Positions 1 through 10,668 are shown, counted from the first letter of the stretch. The stretch: 64,000 nt of DNA from Rozella allomycis CSF55 (GCA_000442015.1 KE560945.1:1-64000); one strand, 5' to 3'. A program made the numbers and translations. The notes: generated from the sequence alone by a model not told the origin.

Positions 1-616
1 AAACGCTGAAACGGTCAAGGCGAACGATTCAACAGCATATGCTCACGTTAGTGACGTCACCTGGAATGATGTCAAAAAAATTTTCAATCCAAGAAAATAT
101 GTTCAAGAAAGGAGAAACATCGATAATGATCAGCTTAGTATCCTAACACAGTATCTTTCAATCACCACCAAGTGCTTTGGAACTGTTACAACAGGAAATG
201 ATGCTAAGCGCCTTCATTTCATTGCACCTGTTTTGATTTGTGTCTGCATTCTATTTGATGGGGATGTTGAGATTTTAGTCGAAGAGGATTTGATTGGAAA
301 CTTTGTTAAAGCCCATAGTCACTTTGAATTCATGTTAAGGCGTAAAAACAAGGTCGTGTGTATCGTTGAAGCAAAAAAAGACGATCTTGAACAAGGAATG
401 GCAGAGGTCTTGGTCGGCTGTGAAGTCGCAGCAGAAATTGGAGGATTGGATATTGTTTATGGAATCGTTACAAATTATTTTCAGTGGAATTTCTTGCGCA
501 GGCTCGATGATAAGGTGGAGATGGAAGAATGTTCTTTGAGTCATACGCCGGAAGGACCCGAACGAGATTCACTCAAAAACATTGCTGAAAAGATTTATGC
601 GATGCTCTCGAATTAA
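1..616 (+). CDS. Crinkler (CRN)-type effector, C-terminal restriction-endonuclease-like domain; 5' truncated by window edge
   Basis: Frame is open from base 2 (NAETVKAND...AKRLHFIAPVLICVC) to the stop at 616. PD-(D/E)xK-like pattern 'EEDLIG..HFEF..VCIVEAKK..EQGMAE..YGIVTNYFQWNF' is typical of CRN C-terminal REase domains. Confidence 0.7.
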   Translation, partial: NAETVKANDSTAYAHVSDVTWNDVKKIFNPRKYVQERRNIDNDQLSILTQYLSITTKCFGTVTTGNDAKRLHFIAPVLICVCILFDGDVEILVEEDLIGNFVKAHSHFEFMLRRKNKVVCIVEAKKDDLEQGMAEVLVGCEVAAEIGGLDIVYGIVTNYFQWNFLRRLDDKVEMEECSLSHTPEGPERDSLKNIAEKIYAMLSN

Positions 617-1114
617 AAAGTCTCTAATAAAAGGATATCAGAAGTTTTTTTTAACATAAACATAGCCCTTAACATCTTGCCATAAATTGTCTAGTAAAGC
701 AAATTATATAAGCAATTGAGTTGTCGTCAATATCAGATGAGCGCATGCACTAAAAATTTTTGTCTCCTAATTCCATAAAACTTTGCTAATATTTTGACAA
801 TATATCGTTGCTTGCACTGACTGACGTGAAACCCACTAGCATTTACGGCAACTCACTACTACAATTAAAAGTTTAATAATTGGTGGTATATTATATGTGT
901 GATAATGATATTTTGGGTCTCATTTCTTCACCGCAAGGTTGTTTGGAGCAAAAAATGAATGGTTTTTTGACCAAGGATGACTTAAAGTAAAAGTAAGGAG
1001 ACACTGTGATCAACGTAATATTTGGAGTCTTCAGTCTACTTTGGAGTATCCGATAGATATGAATCAGATAATGCGACTCTTACAAGTCATTTTCAAGAAA
1101 TCCAAGCCACGCCC

Positions 1115-2180
1115 ATGAAACGCATTTCCCAATTGAAAAAGGGGATAACTAATGTAAACAGCGAAGTATACCAGCTCGCACACAAAGAAGAGCAATTAAT
1201 CTTAAGAATCCTAGATGAACAGCTAGCAGAGTTACTCAGAAACAAAATCGGAAATAACGAACAGCCAGATCTCGAGATAATTTTCAAAGGTACTTATTCG
1301 CAATCGCTTTTACAGATGCGAGACATGCAACTGCTAAATTAGGAGACAAAACCTGGGATGCGAAACTATATGACCTTCCTTGTATTGTGGAATGCCAGAA
1401 AACGTATGATAAGAAGCGGTTTTTCAAATCGTCAGATATTTCTCAGGTACTAGAGTTATTTCTTGATGTAATAGATTCTAGTAGTTGGAGATGTAGATCC
1501 CAGTATACTTGATCGAATGGAACACAACTTATTGTGGCCAGATGGACTAACAAATCCCTTGAAAGATGTGAGAAGAAGGCGGTTTAGAAAGCGTATGGCT
1601 AAGAAGGTGATTGAAGACATTGAGAAAGAGGTCAGGAGATTATTAGAAGAAGATTCGAAGGCGATTTCGGTCGAATTTAGTAATCACTTAAAATGAGCTT
1701 AATAGATGTTCAGGAACAGTCACAGGACATGGATGTCGATAATAAAGAGGTTGATATATCGAGTGAAATTAGAACTCAAAATGATAATGCCAGTGAAAAA
1801 GGTGAAGTCGATGTCGACGACGAAGAAAACTACAGATCTGAATCAGCGGCATCTGATCTTGCTGCGGAAATAGAGTTTGGACTACTCCAAGAACTAGAAG
1901 ATGATGAGGATGATCGTCAAGGTATTATCTTTCATTTTTTTCAGGAATAGAATTCATGATGATGACTCAAGCAATTGATGAAATTAAGAATGAAATTGCA
2001 GACATTGAATCCAAGATTGCCGAAAAAACTCAGCAATTACAAAAGGCAAATAACATTGTTTTGAAGAAACGATTTCAAGAGGCTTTGGATAAACTTCAGA
2101 CTTCGCTGCAAGAAAAGCAAGCTAATCTAATAGAGATGGAGAAAGATATGAATCAAGATGTCGATGATACAGGAATGTGA
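1115..2180 (+). CDS. TAF7: TFIID subunit 7 (TAF7), multi-exon; start codon uncertain
   Basis: Spliced translation gives EEQLILR, LYDLPCIVECQKTYD, KSSDISQ, WPDGLT.PLKDVRRRRFRKR and IEKEVRRLL (TAFII55_N motifs), then a C-terminal coiled coil 'NIVLKKRF'. Introns are 26-29 nt GT-AG. Confidence 0.85.
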
Positions 2181-2248
2181 TGTAATCCATTTTTATTTAA
2201 TAAACTCTAATTTTGTAACTTTTTCATTCTTGTGGCGCTACTACAAAA

Positions 2249-3568
2249 ATGAGTGAAAATTTGATATCTCGACTGGATCACGAATTTGCTACTTTGCTCC
2301 AACTGGAGAGTCTTGGAAAGATTGGTATTGATGTGAAAGACTTGCGTGAAGAGTGTTTCTCAAATATCATGAGTTTGCAAACTGTTTTGCAGTTGGAGGC
2401 CGACCATATGTATGCTTCAACACTGGAATCAATGGATAAAAATGATGTTGATATTTTGAAGGTTCCTAATTTAGAAGAGTACCCTCATATTGAGTATTAT
2501 GATTGTGAACAGCAAGTCCCGGATGAACTAATTTGTTTGATATGCAGCGACAATGTATCTTTTACTTCTGCCAAAGATAAAAAAGAAGGATTCAAAATTG
2601 ATAAATGCGATCATATTTATTGCGCCGAGTGTTTCTCGCATTGGCTCAAATTAGCAACTGAAGATAGATCTTTTCGTTTTCCTTTGATTTGCCCAGCGGA
2701 AAACTGTCAAACCACTATAGAGCCAACTAGTCAAATGGACCCTATTTTGGACGACGCTACTTTCGACTCATTTAGAAAACGCTACCTTGAAGCTACGGGA
2801 CGGGCTATTTACTGCCCTGAAAAAACTTGTTCGACATTTATGGCTCTTAGGTCTGACGCGCGTTTCATTCAATGTACGGAATGTCGTACTGGTATTTGCG
2901 TCTCTTGCAAAGTGAAAGATCACAGACCACTTCAGTGTGTGGATTTTCAGAATCTTCCAATTGAATATCGCAATCCTGATGATGTTACTCTACATATGGC
3001 TGTGAAGGAACATGACTGGAGATATTGCCCTTCATGCAAAGCTGCGGTAGAAAAGAAGACCGGATGCAATTTCGTTTCTTGTTTATGTGGCGTTGGATTT
3101 TGCTATAAATGTGGCAAACAATATAAAAACCTTATTGAAAACGAAAGAAATACTCATGGAGAACCAGATTGCACCTGTGGGCTTTTTGATGTCCCTCAAG
3201 GAATGGAAGGCGATGAGGATGATGAAGACGAAGAAGATGATGATGAAGAAGAAAATCCAGACGCGCATTTTAATCACCATAATGACATGAATAGAAATCG
3301 ATATGGACAAAGATATGCACTCTTTGGAGTAACCGATATCGTCTGGATGTTTGAAAACGCTCCTAATAGATTACCTCCATGGTTGTACGAAAGTTACCGC
3401 GATAATGTTTGCCATTATTGTCAAAGGAGGTTTTTATCATTGAGAAGTCTGCAAGCGCACTTGCTTACAACAAGAGATCATGAAGTCCTTTTTTGCTGTG
3501 GAAGAACATTCAAAGACGTCCGAGGTTTAAGAAATCATGCTATTGCTCGTCATCGATATCGCTTATAA
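2249..3568 (+). CDS. RBR (RING1-IBR-RING2) E3 ubiquitin ligase with C-terminal C2H2-type zinc fingers; intronless
   Basis: RING1 CLIC..CDHIYCAEC..CP; IBR YCP...C..CTEC..CVSC..H; RING2 CPSC..VEK..GCNFVSCLCG..FCYKC; acidic linker; CHYC..H..H and CC..H..H fingers. Confidence 0.9.
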   Translation: MSENLISRLDHEFATLLQLESLGKIGIDVKDLREECFSNIMSLQTVLQLEADHMYASTLESMDKNDVDILKVPNLEEYPHIEYYDCEQQVPDELICLICSDNVSFTSAKDKKEGFKIDKCDHIYCAECFSHWLKLATEDRSFRFPLICPAENCQTTIEPTSQMDPILDDATFDSFRKRYLEATGRAIYCPEKTCSTFMALRSDARFIQCTECRTGICVSCKVKDHRPLQCVDFQNLPIEYRNPDDVTLHMAVKEHDWRYCPSCKAAVEKKTGCNFVSCLCGVGFCYKCGKQYKNLIENERNTHGEPDCTCGLFDVPQGMEGDEDDEDEEDDDEEENPDAHFNHHNDMNRNRYGQRYALFGVTDIVWMFENAPNRLPPWLYESYRDNVCHYCQRRFLSLRSLQAHLLTTRDHEVLFCCGRTFKDVRGLRNHAIARHRYRL

Positions 3569-3614
3569 TAAAGTGAAAGGAATATATTAACACTACTTTT
3601 ATATTGGGAAGTGA

Positions 3615-4253
3615 GGGTCATCAAAAAATGTATTTACGACCTTCACATACCAAAAACCATCCTATTATTCCATAATGTAGCCCACAACCCCAACATAACA
3701 TTAGAACGTTAAAACACGCTTGGCAGGCTCGCCAATACAGTTAGTTCATTGAGGTGAGAAAGAATAGGATATCGTAATGAAATACAAGTAATAAATCAGT
3801 GAAGTAATGAATTCCTCGATTAAACCATAAGGCATAAAACGATGAACGACTGGAATTAAGAAAATTTCGTATAGGTTGAAATGTGTGTTTTCATTCTCTA
3901 TTTCGTGCTGATAACGTGTTGATTTTTTTATATCCTTTGGCTTACAGCCTTACTGTGTACGTTCTACTGTCAAAAAGAAGTTTCTTAAAAAGGCTTATTC
4001 TTGACTCTTTCAGAAAAACATGATTGTTTGTCAAGTCGAATGTTAACATAAAGGATAGATTTGAGACTTCTCTACCGAAAAATATATGATGACCTTATAA
4101 GTTATACGAAGGTATCTCGGGTCAGCAATAAATGTATTTACGATTTTCACATACCAAAGTCCAAAACCATTCTAATACAGCCATCTACCCTTTAGAACGT
4201 TTAACACGCTTGGCAGACTCGCCAATATCCTAGTTAGTTCAATACAAGTAATA
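3615..4253 (+). repeat. Diverged direct repeat pair (about 3615-3793 and 4119-4253)
   Basis: Both copies share gggtca.caa.aaatgtatttacga..ttcacataccaaa, ttagaacgtt..aacacgcttggcag.ctcgccaata, agttagttca and aatacaagtaata. Confidence 0.8.
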
Positions 4254-4291
4254 GAGGACTGGCGAAATGTAAGTGCAACCCCTCTCTTTAT

Positions 4292-4680
4292 TAATCAGGC
4301 TCATGATTCATAAAGTTCATGTCGTCTGCCAAGCATACTTGTCTCGCTTATGGCATTGTCACTAGATGAGCCAGTCCAGTAGTTCCTTTGGTAAATATGT
4401 GATCAAATTGTCCGTCAATTTCTTGGAGTAAAGTACCTAGAATAGAGTTTGACAACAGTGTTTCCATACATTCCACGAACATCCGACATCGGTGTGGTAG
4501 TATGTTGATGTTTGCTTGGCCTTGGTCAATGGTCCCTCGGAATGCCATTTGATAATTAATAATGACCGGATTCCGGAACTCTGTTGACGACACGCTGGAT
4601 GGCTTTCTGAAAAATGACATCCCGATGCAATCTCAGAATTGGTTGAGTGGCAATTTTTTCTTGGATACCTCCGTTTTCAT
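4292..4680 (-). pseudogene. Degenerate reading frame of unknown origin with two in-frame stops
   Basis: Minus frame reads MKTEVSKKKLPLNQF*DCIGMSFFRKP...HLVTMP*ARQVCLADD. No family recognised. Confidence 0.25.
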
Positions 4681-4776
4681 CACATTTCGTTGATTACTAC
4701 AAGAAACATATTTAAAATTCTTTCGTTAAATAACCTTCTAAAGAGTAGATCTTACATCTGATTTTCGAGCACCGTG

Positions 4777-4783
4777 ACCCTGG
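4777..4783 (+). promoter_or_regulatory. ACCCTGG start-proximal motif (representative of 8 instances, see findings)
   Basis: Sense-strand ACCCT[G/T]G lies 7 nt before ATG 4791. The same motif precedes seven other start codons in the window. Confidence 0.6.
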
Positions 4784-4790
4784 AATAAAG

Positions 4791-7574
4791 ATGGAGAAAA
4801 CTTCAACTTGCGTTTCTTTTGTCCGTCATAAGTGGGCAAATTTCTATTATCCGTTTGGTAATACTATCGCAGAAGATCTGTCTCTATATTTCAACAAGCC
4901 CGAACTTGATTGCTTAGTAGTTGGTTGTGGAGATCTAAGAAATGTTTTGTTTACTATAAAAGAAGCAGAAAGAAAGAAAAATGTTTCAAAGCTCAAGTTT
5001 GTCCTGAACGACTGGCAACCCGAAATCATTGCAAGAAACGTTGTTATATGGTATGCACTTGAAAATGATACCAGGAACGTTAATGCCAAAAAATTGAGTC
5101 AATTCTGGTACTCTCTACAAATGGAAGATGATGTCTATAATTATTGGATCGAAAAGATGAAAGATTGTATTAGGGATATCGAATCTGGAAAAGTGAAAAA
5201 GTTTTTCGATGAATCAACCAAGTCCAAGGTGCTGTTTGTATTGAAAGCATGGATTCAATGTAGTTGGAATACAAAGCGGCTGTATGAAGAACGTAAAAAG
5301 TTTTACGAGAAGGTATCGATTATTACAAAAAGAGGAAACGATATTGCTGGTTTATGTGATTATTATATGTTATCTTCTGGTTTGTTGACAAACGATAAGA
5401 AGGGATCTTTGCAAAAGGAATGTACTGATTATTTAGAGACTTTGAGTTTTGTTAAAGCTGGGAAAGTCAATCCAAGTTTAACGCTAGTTGATGAAGAAGG
5501 TAATTTTAGTTATGCTTTGCATTATGCAATTAATTGTTATGAGGGCCACAGCATTGATCCGAAAATTGGTATGAAGAAAAGTCTGTTGAGAAATTTGCAG
5601 CAATGGATTGATGGATTTTCTTCATTTAAAGATAAAGTTGAAGTACAATTCGGTATTGATCATGCTCTTTATTTTATGGAAAATATGATAATGAAATGTC
5701 AAAAATTTGATTTGATTGAGAGTTCTAATTTGGCAGATCATGTTGGATTGTTGTCGTTGTTAACAAATGGTTCTTGTCTGTTGAAATGTGAAGAACAATC
5801 AATTATAAAGATTTGCTCCTTTTTAATATACCAATTTGCTAATTCTCGTGATGGGTATTTAGCGAAAGTGACTGGATTGCCTACATCCTTGTTCCCTACA
5901 TTGCTCGGTGTGGAAGTGAAGCCAGTGAATGACCGTTCTGATCATGAAACATTTATCGATCCTTTTCAAACGTCTATTTATTACAACGAGTTATCCAAGA
6001 GTGGTAGAAAGCACGAGGTTTTTCTATTCCGTAAATCAAAGAAACCGATTTTACCCATTTCTATTAAAGACTCACCATATGTGTTTGATTCATTGTTAAA
6101 GTTGATAAAAGATCTTTGTTCTAATCCTCTTAGAAGACATAAAAATCCTGGATCTGCATGCATTACTCCACATCTTATTGGAAGGTTGCTGGCGTTGGCG
6201 TGCGCAGACAATCGTGTATCTTTCAATGCGAAAATAAACAGGTCCATTCCCTTCGAAGAGAATCAGTTTTGGAACAGAGTAAAAGAAGTTATGGGTAAAG
6301 ATCTTTCATTTTATGAGTTGGCGTGTTATGCCAAGCTCTATGGGTTTCAAAGTGCAGCATTACCTGATTCTTACCTGTGCAAGTTTAATGTTCCACTAAA
6401 TTTGCCTGAAAATTGTCCAACTCCAAGTTTTATTTTAACTTTAAATCAAGGAGACGTCATGTTGTGCTCAATAGAGTCACTGGATTTGAAGGTTAACAAA
6501 GACTCCATAGAGTTTACATGCATTATTCCGAAATTAAAAAATAAGATTGAAGATTTATATTTTAGCGTCTATTATGGCCTTTGCGCTGATCAAATGACAT
6601 TAAATCTACCATATACTGCTTGCCCAATGGTTAAATTAGAGAAAAGAATGGTTCAAGAATTGAATCCGAATTGTCTTGCCCCATTGATAAAAAATAATGT
6701 TGAAAAACTTGTTGCTGAGATTGAGAACATTCAAGAGACTGCCGTTGCTTTTCAGGTCAAAGTTTTGCTTAACGAAGATCTTAAAAAGGCCAAATTTTCT
6801 CTAGTTGAAGATGGAAAAACTTTAAAAGGACTCAAGATTAATGAAAAGATATTGAAATTGCCGCTTCCAACAACTGTCAGTGTTATGTCTTGCAAGATTC
6901 ATAGGTCGTCTGGATTCGTATTGCTGAATTTAAAGAAATTGTTTAACTTTATTAAGATTCAACCTTTTATTAGTGTGAAAGGTTTGCCCAGTCTTGCTGA
7001 CAATGAAACTGCCGGCATGGGTTTCGCAACCATGTTCAATGAAGAATTCATGCTTGTAAAGTCTGGCATTAAATCTGTCAACACATTGAGCCCAATTGAA
7101 AAAGCATTATATGAATTAAAAGAAAATGTTCAAGTTTTAATGGTTAATAATATCCAAGGCCATAAAATACATGCAATCGCATCAAAATCTCTTGGAATAT
7201 TTGGTATTGTTATTTTCCATGGGCTTTACTCCTACCCAAGAATTGATACAACTCATTTCGACACTCCTATCATTGATGCCTCGTATTCATTCTTCAGTGT
7301 TAGCGATATCACTCTTATTAATTCAATAGTTCGTTCACAAGGAAATATTATCCAGTTATTTGTTGAAGATTTTGAAATTGAAAATTTGAAGAGTTTGTTT
7401 GAAAACTTTTTTAGGCCAATGGCAGTTGATCAATCTGTTCATCGCGATGTGAAGAAATTCAAAGCTCAAAAGATATTTAAGAGATGCATAATACATCCTG
7501 TTTACACTTCTGATATCTCCACGAAAGCGACAACTGACTTTATCAAAGAGTTGGGTAGCCTCAATTTTCAATAA
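4791..7574 (+). CDS. DUF4470-domain protein (SAM-methyltransferase-like N-terminus, DNAAF3/fungal DUF4470 type); intronless; no MYND finger seen
   Basis: 927 aa ORF with 'YYPFGNT', 'LVVGCGDLRNVLFT', 'NDWQPEIIARN' and 'FDLIESSNLADHVG' motifs. Confidence 0.75.
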   Translation: MEKTSTCVSFVRHKWANFYYPFGNTIAEDLSLYFNKPELDCLVVGCGDLRNVLFTIKEAERKKNVSKLKFVLNDWQPEIIARNVVIWYALENDTRNVNAKKLSQFWYSLQMEDDVYNYWIEKMKDCIRDIESGKVKKFFDESTKSKVLFVLKAWIQCSWNTKRLYEERKKFYEKVSIITKRGNDIAGLCDYYMLSSGLLTNDKKGSLQKECTDYLETLSFVKAGKVNPSLTLVDEEGNFSYALHYAINCYEGHSIDPKIGMKKSLLRNLQQWIDGFSSFKDKVEVQFGIDHALYFMENMIMKCQKFDLIESSNLADHVGLLSLLTNGSCLLKCEEQSIIKICSFLIYQFANSRDGYLAKVTGLPTSLFPTLLGVEVKPVNDRSDHETFIDPFQTSIYYNELSKSGRKHEVFLFRKSKKPILPISIKDSPYVFDSLLKLIKDLCSNPLRRHKNPGSACITPHLIGRLLALACADNRVSFNAKINRSIPFEENQFWNRVKEVMGKDLSFYELACYAKLYGFQSAALPDSYLCKFNVPLNLPENCPTPSFILTLNQGDVMLCSIESLDLKVNKDSIEFTCIIPKLKNKIEDLYFSVYYGLCADQMTLNLPYTACPMVKLEKRMVQELNPNCLAPLIKNNVEKLVAEIENIQETAVAFQVKVLLNEDLKKAKFSLVEDGKTLKGLKINEKILKLPLPTTVSVMSCKIHRSSGFVLLNLKKLFNFIKIQPFISVKGLPSLADNETAGMGFATMFNEEFMLVKSGIKSVNTLSPIEKALYELKENVQVLMVNNIQGHKIHAIASKSLGIFGIVIFHGLYSYPRIDTTHFDTPIIDASYSFFSVSDITLINSIVRSQGNIIQLFVEDFEIENLKSLFENFFRPMAVDQSVHRDVKKFKAQKIFKRCIIHPVYTSDISTKATTDFIKELGSLNFQ

Positions 7575-7826
7575 AGTTTTATTTAAATGATTATGGCAGT
7601 CTTCTCAGAATTATTGATGCATTACTTTTGATTATGTGAAACTAATCCTTAATCTGGCCTGTGGTATACCACATTAGTTTCGATATTTATAAATTGGACA
7701 CTCCATGCTGGAGATAAATAATTGTTTCAAATTTTTAAAATCTTTCCTAATATGCTCTAGATCAACTCATAAATGAAAAGATGGAAGTTGAAATTGTGAT
7801 ATTTTTATCTTGTACAAATAAATACA

Positions 7827-7873
7827 TCCGCATTGGTCTAGTGGCTAGGATTTTGCGCTCTCACCGCAAAGGC
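7827..7873 (+). tRNA. tRNA-Glu(CTC), 5' part only, cut by assembly gap N7874
   Basis: The 47 nt are identical to the 5' part of the complete tRNA-Glu at 8289. Confidence 0.85.
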
Positions 7874-7874
7874 N

Positions 7875-8101
7875 TGATATAAGGACAATCACAATGAGAT
7901 AATACTTGAATTTCTTTTTGAAGCTCAGAAATGTCATCGTCATCTGCTTCTAAGTTTATCTCCTTTATAGCTACTATTTGTTGAGTTTCATTATTAATGC
8001 TACGTTTCTCTAAAAAACGTTTCATACGCTTTAAAGACCTGCCCGAAACTACCTTTGCCAACTCGCTTAATTTTGATAAATTTTGATGCAATGTCAGCCA
8101 T
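7875..8101 (-). CDS. Ste20/GCK-family (MST3/Kic1/Sid1-like) kinase, N-terminal part; remainder lost in the gap
   Basis: MADIASKFIKIKRVGKGSFGQVFKA, a 28-nt intron, then INNETQQIVAIKEINLEADDDISELQKEIQVLSHCDCPYI: Gly-rich loop, VAIK lysine and alphaC Glu. Confidence 0.85.
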
Positions 8102-8288
8102 TCTGATTCAAACTCTAGATTGAAAAGTCGGAAATACGAGATCTACCATTTTTCATGATCGTTATCTGCAATTCAAAATTTTAAACATTTGGTTGGATAT
8201 CAATCTGAATCGATTAACCTTACTGAAAGCAGTCAAAAAAAACAAGTTGTTAAACTTCAATAAGAGTTCACCAATATAATCTAACACA

Positions 8289-8360
8289 TCCGCATTGGTC
8301 TAGTGGCTAGGATTTTGCGCTCTCACCGCAAAGGCCGGGGTTCGATTCCCCGATGCGGAA
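8289..8360 (+). tRNA. tRNA-Glu, anticodon CTC
   Basis: TCCGCAT/ATGCGGA acceptor stem, TGGTCTAGTGG A box, CT-CTC-AC anticodon loop, GGTTCGATTCC B box, downstream T run. Confidence 0.95.
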
Positions 8361-8456
8361 TATCAATTTTACCAATCTAATTTTTGGTTCCACAATAAGT
8401 AGGAATAATGACAACATTTAACCGTTTTATTATGTAAACTGTAAACAATTCCTCAA

Positions 8457-9177
8457 ATGACTAAACACTCGTCGAATCATCAATTTAGTCCCGCAACATC
8501 TGAATTTCTAAACAGTAAAAATAAACTGATCGTTGACACCAGATCTTTTGCTAGATTCCGGCATATCACAAAGACAGAAGAATGTGTTCAAAAATATTCT
8601 GGCGGGGAAAGAAGAAAAGGACTATAAAATCTTTCGACAAAGTGAATCGATGAAAATAAAATCGTCACCTTTTGAGAAAGATATCAATGCCGATAAATTG
8701 GTCAAGAAAAGGCAATTAAATGAAATTGTGAGGTCAGGGGCTTATTCAATTGAAAAGTATAAACCTTGCGAAAACAGTACATTCATACGTATACTATCAA
8801 AGGGAGAAATCTTTCTTTAGAAAAAGAAAAGTTACAATTGGCTATGGCCACAAGAAAATCAAAAGACGACCCGATTGCCTTCATTGAAAGCGAATCAAAG
8901 GAAGACCCTATGGCGGAATTGAAAGCAAAAACTTATCTCAAGTGCAAGGAAGATTTAGATGAAATATCAATGCGTAAGGTTTTGCATTATTCAATTTAGT
9001 GACTAATGAAATTCAAGAACGCAGAGATTGGCTTTGCGAAATGGAAAGATTAGGGCAGGCTGAAAAGTATAGAAAAAGAATTGAAAATGAAATTAACGAG
9101 GTAAAAGAAATACTATGCTGTCATAGCGAACNACGCTTTCATAGCGAACTTCTCGTTTAAGCGGCGTCTATAGATAA
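8457..9177 (+). CDS. UPF0193/EVG1-like protein (C22orf23 family), multi-exon, last intron spans gap N9132
   Basis: Exons include 'IVRSGAYSIEKYKP', 'EKEKLQLAMA' and 'EIQERRDWLCEMERLGQAEKYRKRIENEI', matching the EVG1 C-terminal pattern. Confidence 0.65.
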
Positions 9178-9274
9178 TGTTCGAATAAATATTGAAGACT
9201 GTAGTTAATATACCAAATAATTTAAAACTGGTTTTAGTAGTCGCATCACGTATGAAAAGATCAGTACCATGCCT

Positions 9275-10516
9275 TTATTGTCCAACGCAGTTATACTTAT
9301 TTACAAGTTGACCCCCAAGTTTTATAGTTTCACAATTCTTTCCAACAAAATCTAAAAAATTGTTTAAGTCTCTAACTACAGCATACACAGAGATGATTGA
9401 AATATTCTTCCAGTTTGGATGAAAACGTGCAGCCTCATCTTCATTGATAATTGGCAGTGGGCAGGGTGACGAACTCATGTGGACACTATCAACAAAATTA
9501 AAAAACTTGCAAAGATGAAGAAATGAATCTCCCATAAACTGAACTTCTTTTAAACACAAAACAGATAGTTTCCTGCTACTTCCATATGTCGCTTGAAAAT
9601 CTCCTTGTTCAATTCTTAAATTAGACAATGAAAAACTATCCAAGTTTTTGCAGCAATTAAAAATTGATTCCAAACTTGACAAGCTCAAATATACAATCGT
9701 TTGACGTCTGGATCTACTTGTAGAAGAATGACAAACGGAGATGTCCAAATCACGCAAATGGTTAAAAGAGAATCCAAAATTCACGAATTTCTCCAATTCG
9801 TAGGACTTTGACGCTGCAAGTTGTAATTCAGATGGCTTAAAATTGGGATGTCGAAAGATTTGTTCAGGAAGTGAATTTAGCGACATTAAAAGTATTTTAG
9901 ATTCAAAACTTACGCCTTGATCAAGCAATTGTAAAAAGTCTTCAACGATTTTGGAATCTTTATAGTCGAAAATGTTAATGTTATATTGCATTGATGAACA
10001 TGTCCCCATAACTAAAGTAGAGCACGAAATGTTTTCCAATGTTGGATATTTTTTTCTTAAAGATAAACAAATTTTGATTATCTCGCGCGCATTGTAGCCG
10101 CATCCGTCAACGACAATGTTTTTCAATCGCGGTAGGTCAATCAACCCCGTAAACTCTTCGACAAATCTTCCAACTTCAGACATCAAATCTGTCCTAAAAA
10201 CAAACCTCAATTTTGTGCATTTTCCAAATTTATATGGCAAAACCGTGTTTACTTTATTCGACCAAACATTACTACTTGTTATTACTAGCACCAATTCATC
10301 AACATATGAAAGTTTATAATCTTGATAACTACTAAACAATGTTTCTAAACATTGTCTGCATCTTGAAACTGGCCAATTAAGCTGCAGAGTTTTGAAGCGG
10401 TAAGGAGCAATGAAGTCATAAAGTTGTGAATTTAAATTGGACAGCTTGCATATTTCGGAAGGTTTTAAGTGAGACAGAATATTTTGCAGGACACATTCAC
10501 CTAGAAGTTGAACCAT
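9275..10516 (-). CDS. F-box protein with degenerate LRR-like C-terminus; intronless
   Basis: N-terminal 'LLGECVLQNILSHLKPSEICKLSNLNSQL' F-box-like motif, then LxxLxL repeats (LRDLDIS, LDSFSLSNL, LSVLCL). ATG at 10516. Confidence 0.55.
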   Translation of the reverse strand: MVQLLGECVLQNILSHLKPSEICKLSNLNSQLYDFIAPYRFKTLQLNWPVSRCRQCLETLFSSYQDYKLSYVDELVLVITSSNVWSNKVNTVLPYKFGKCTKLRFVFRTDLMSEVGRFVEEFTGLIDLPRLKNIVVDGCGYNAREIIKICLSLRKKYPTLENISCSTLVMGTCSSMQYNINIFDYKDSKIVEDFLQLLDQGVSFESKILLMSLNSLPEQIFRHPNFKPSELQLAASKSYELEKFVNFGFSFNHLRDLDISVCHSSTSRSRRQTIVYLSLSSLESIFNCCKNLDSFSLSNLRIEQGDFQATYGSSRKLSVLCLKEVQFMGDSFLHLCKFFNFVDSVHMSSSPCPLPIINEDEAARFHPNWKNISIISVYAVVRDLNNFLDFVGKNCETIKLGGQLVNKYNCVGQ

Positions 10517-10668
10517 TTCTATAACCAAAACAACAATTTTAGTAATGACATAAAATATTGTTTCATTCGAAACTTGGACATTCAAAGCAAAGTTCTTTTG
10601 ACATTACCAAATCGTACTAGCCCAAGCGAGTCTAAACGAAATATAACAATTACGAAATTTTCTAAAAG

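Noticed and set aside
4094-4112. loxP-like half site (TTATACGAAG)
   Set aside because: Only a short partial match with no paired 13-bp inverted repeat; expected by chance.
9121-9149. Repeated tcatagcgaac around N9132
   Set aside because: Same contig-overlap artefact at a scaffold join.
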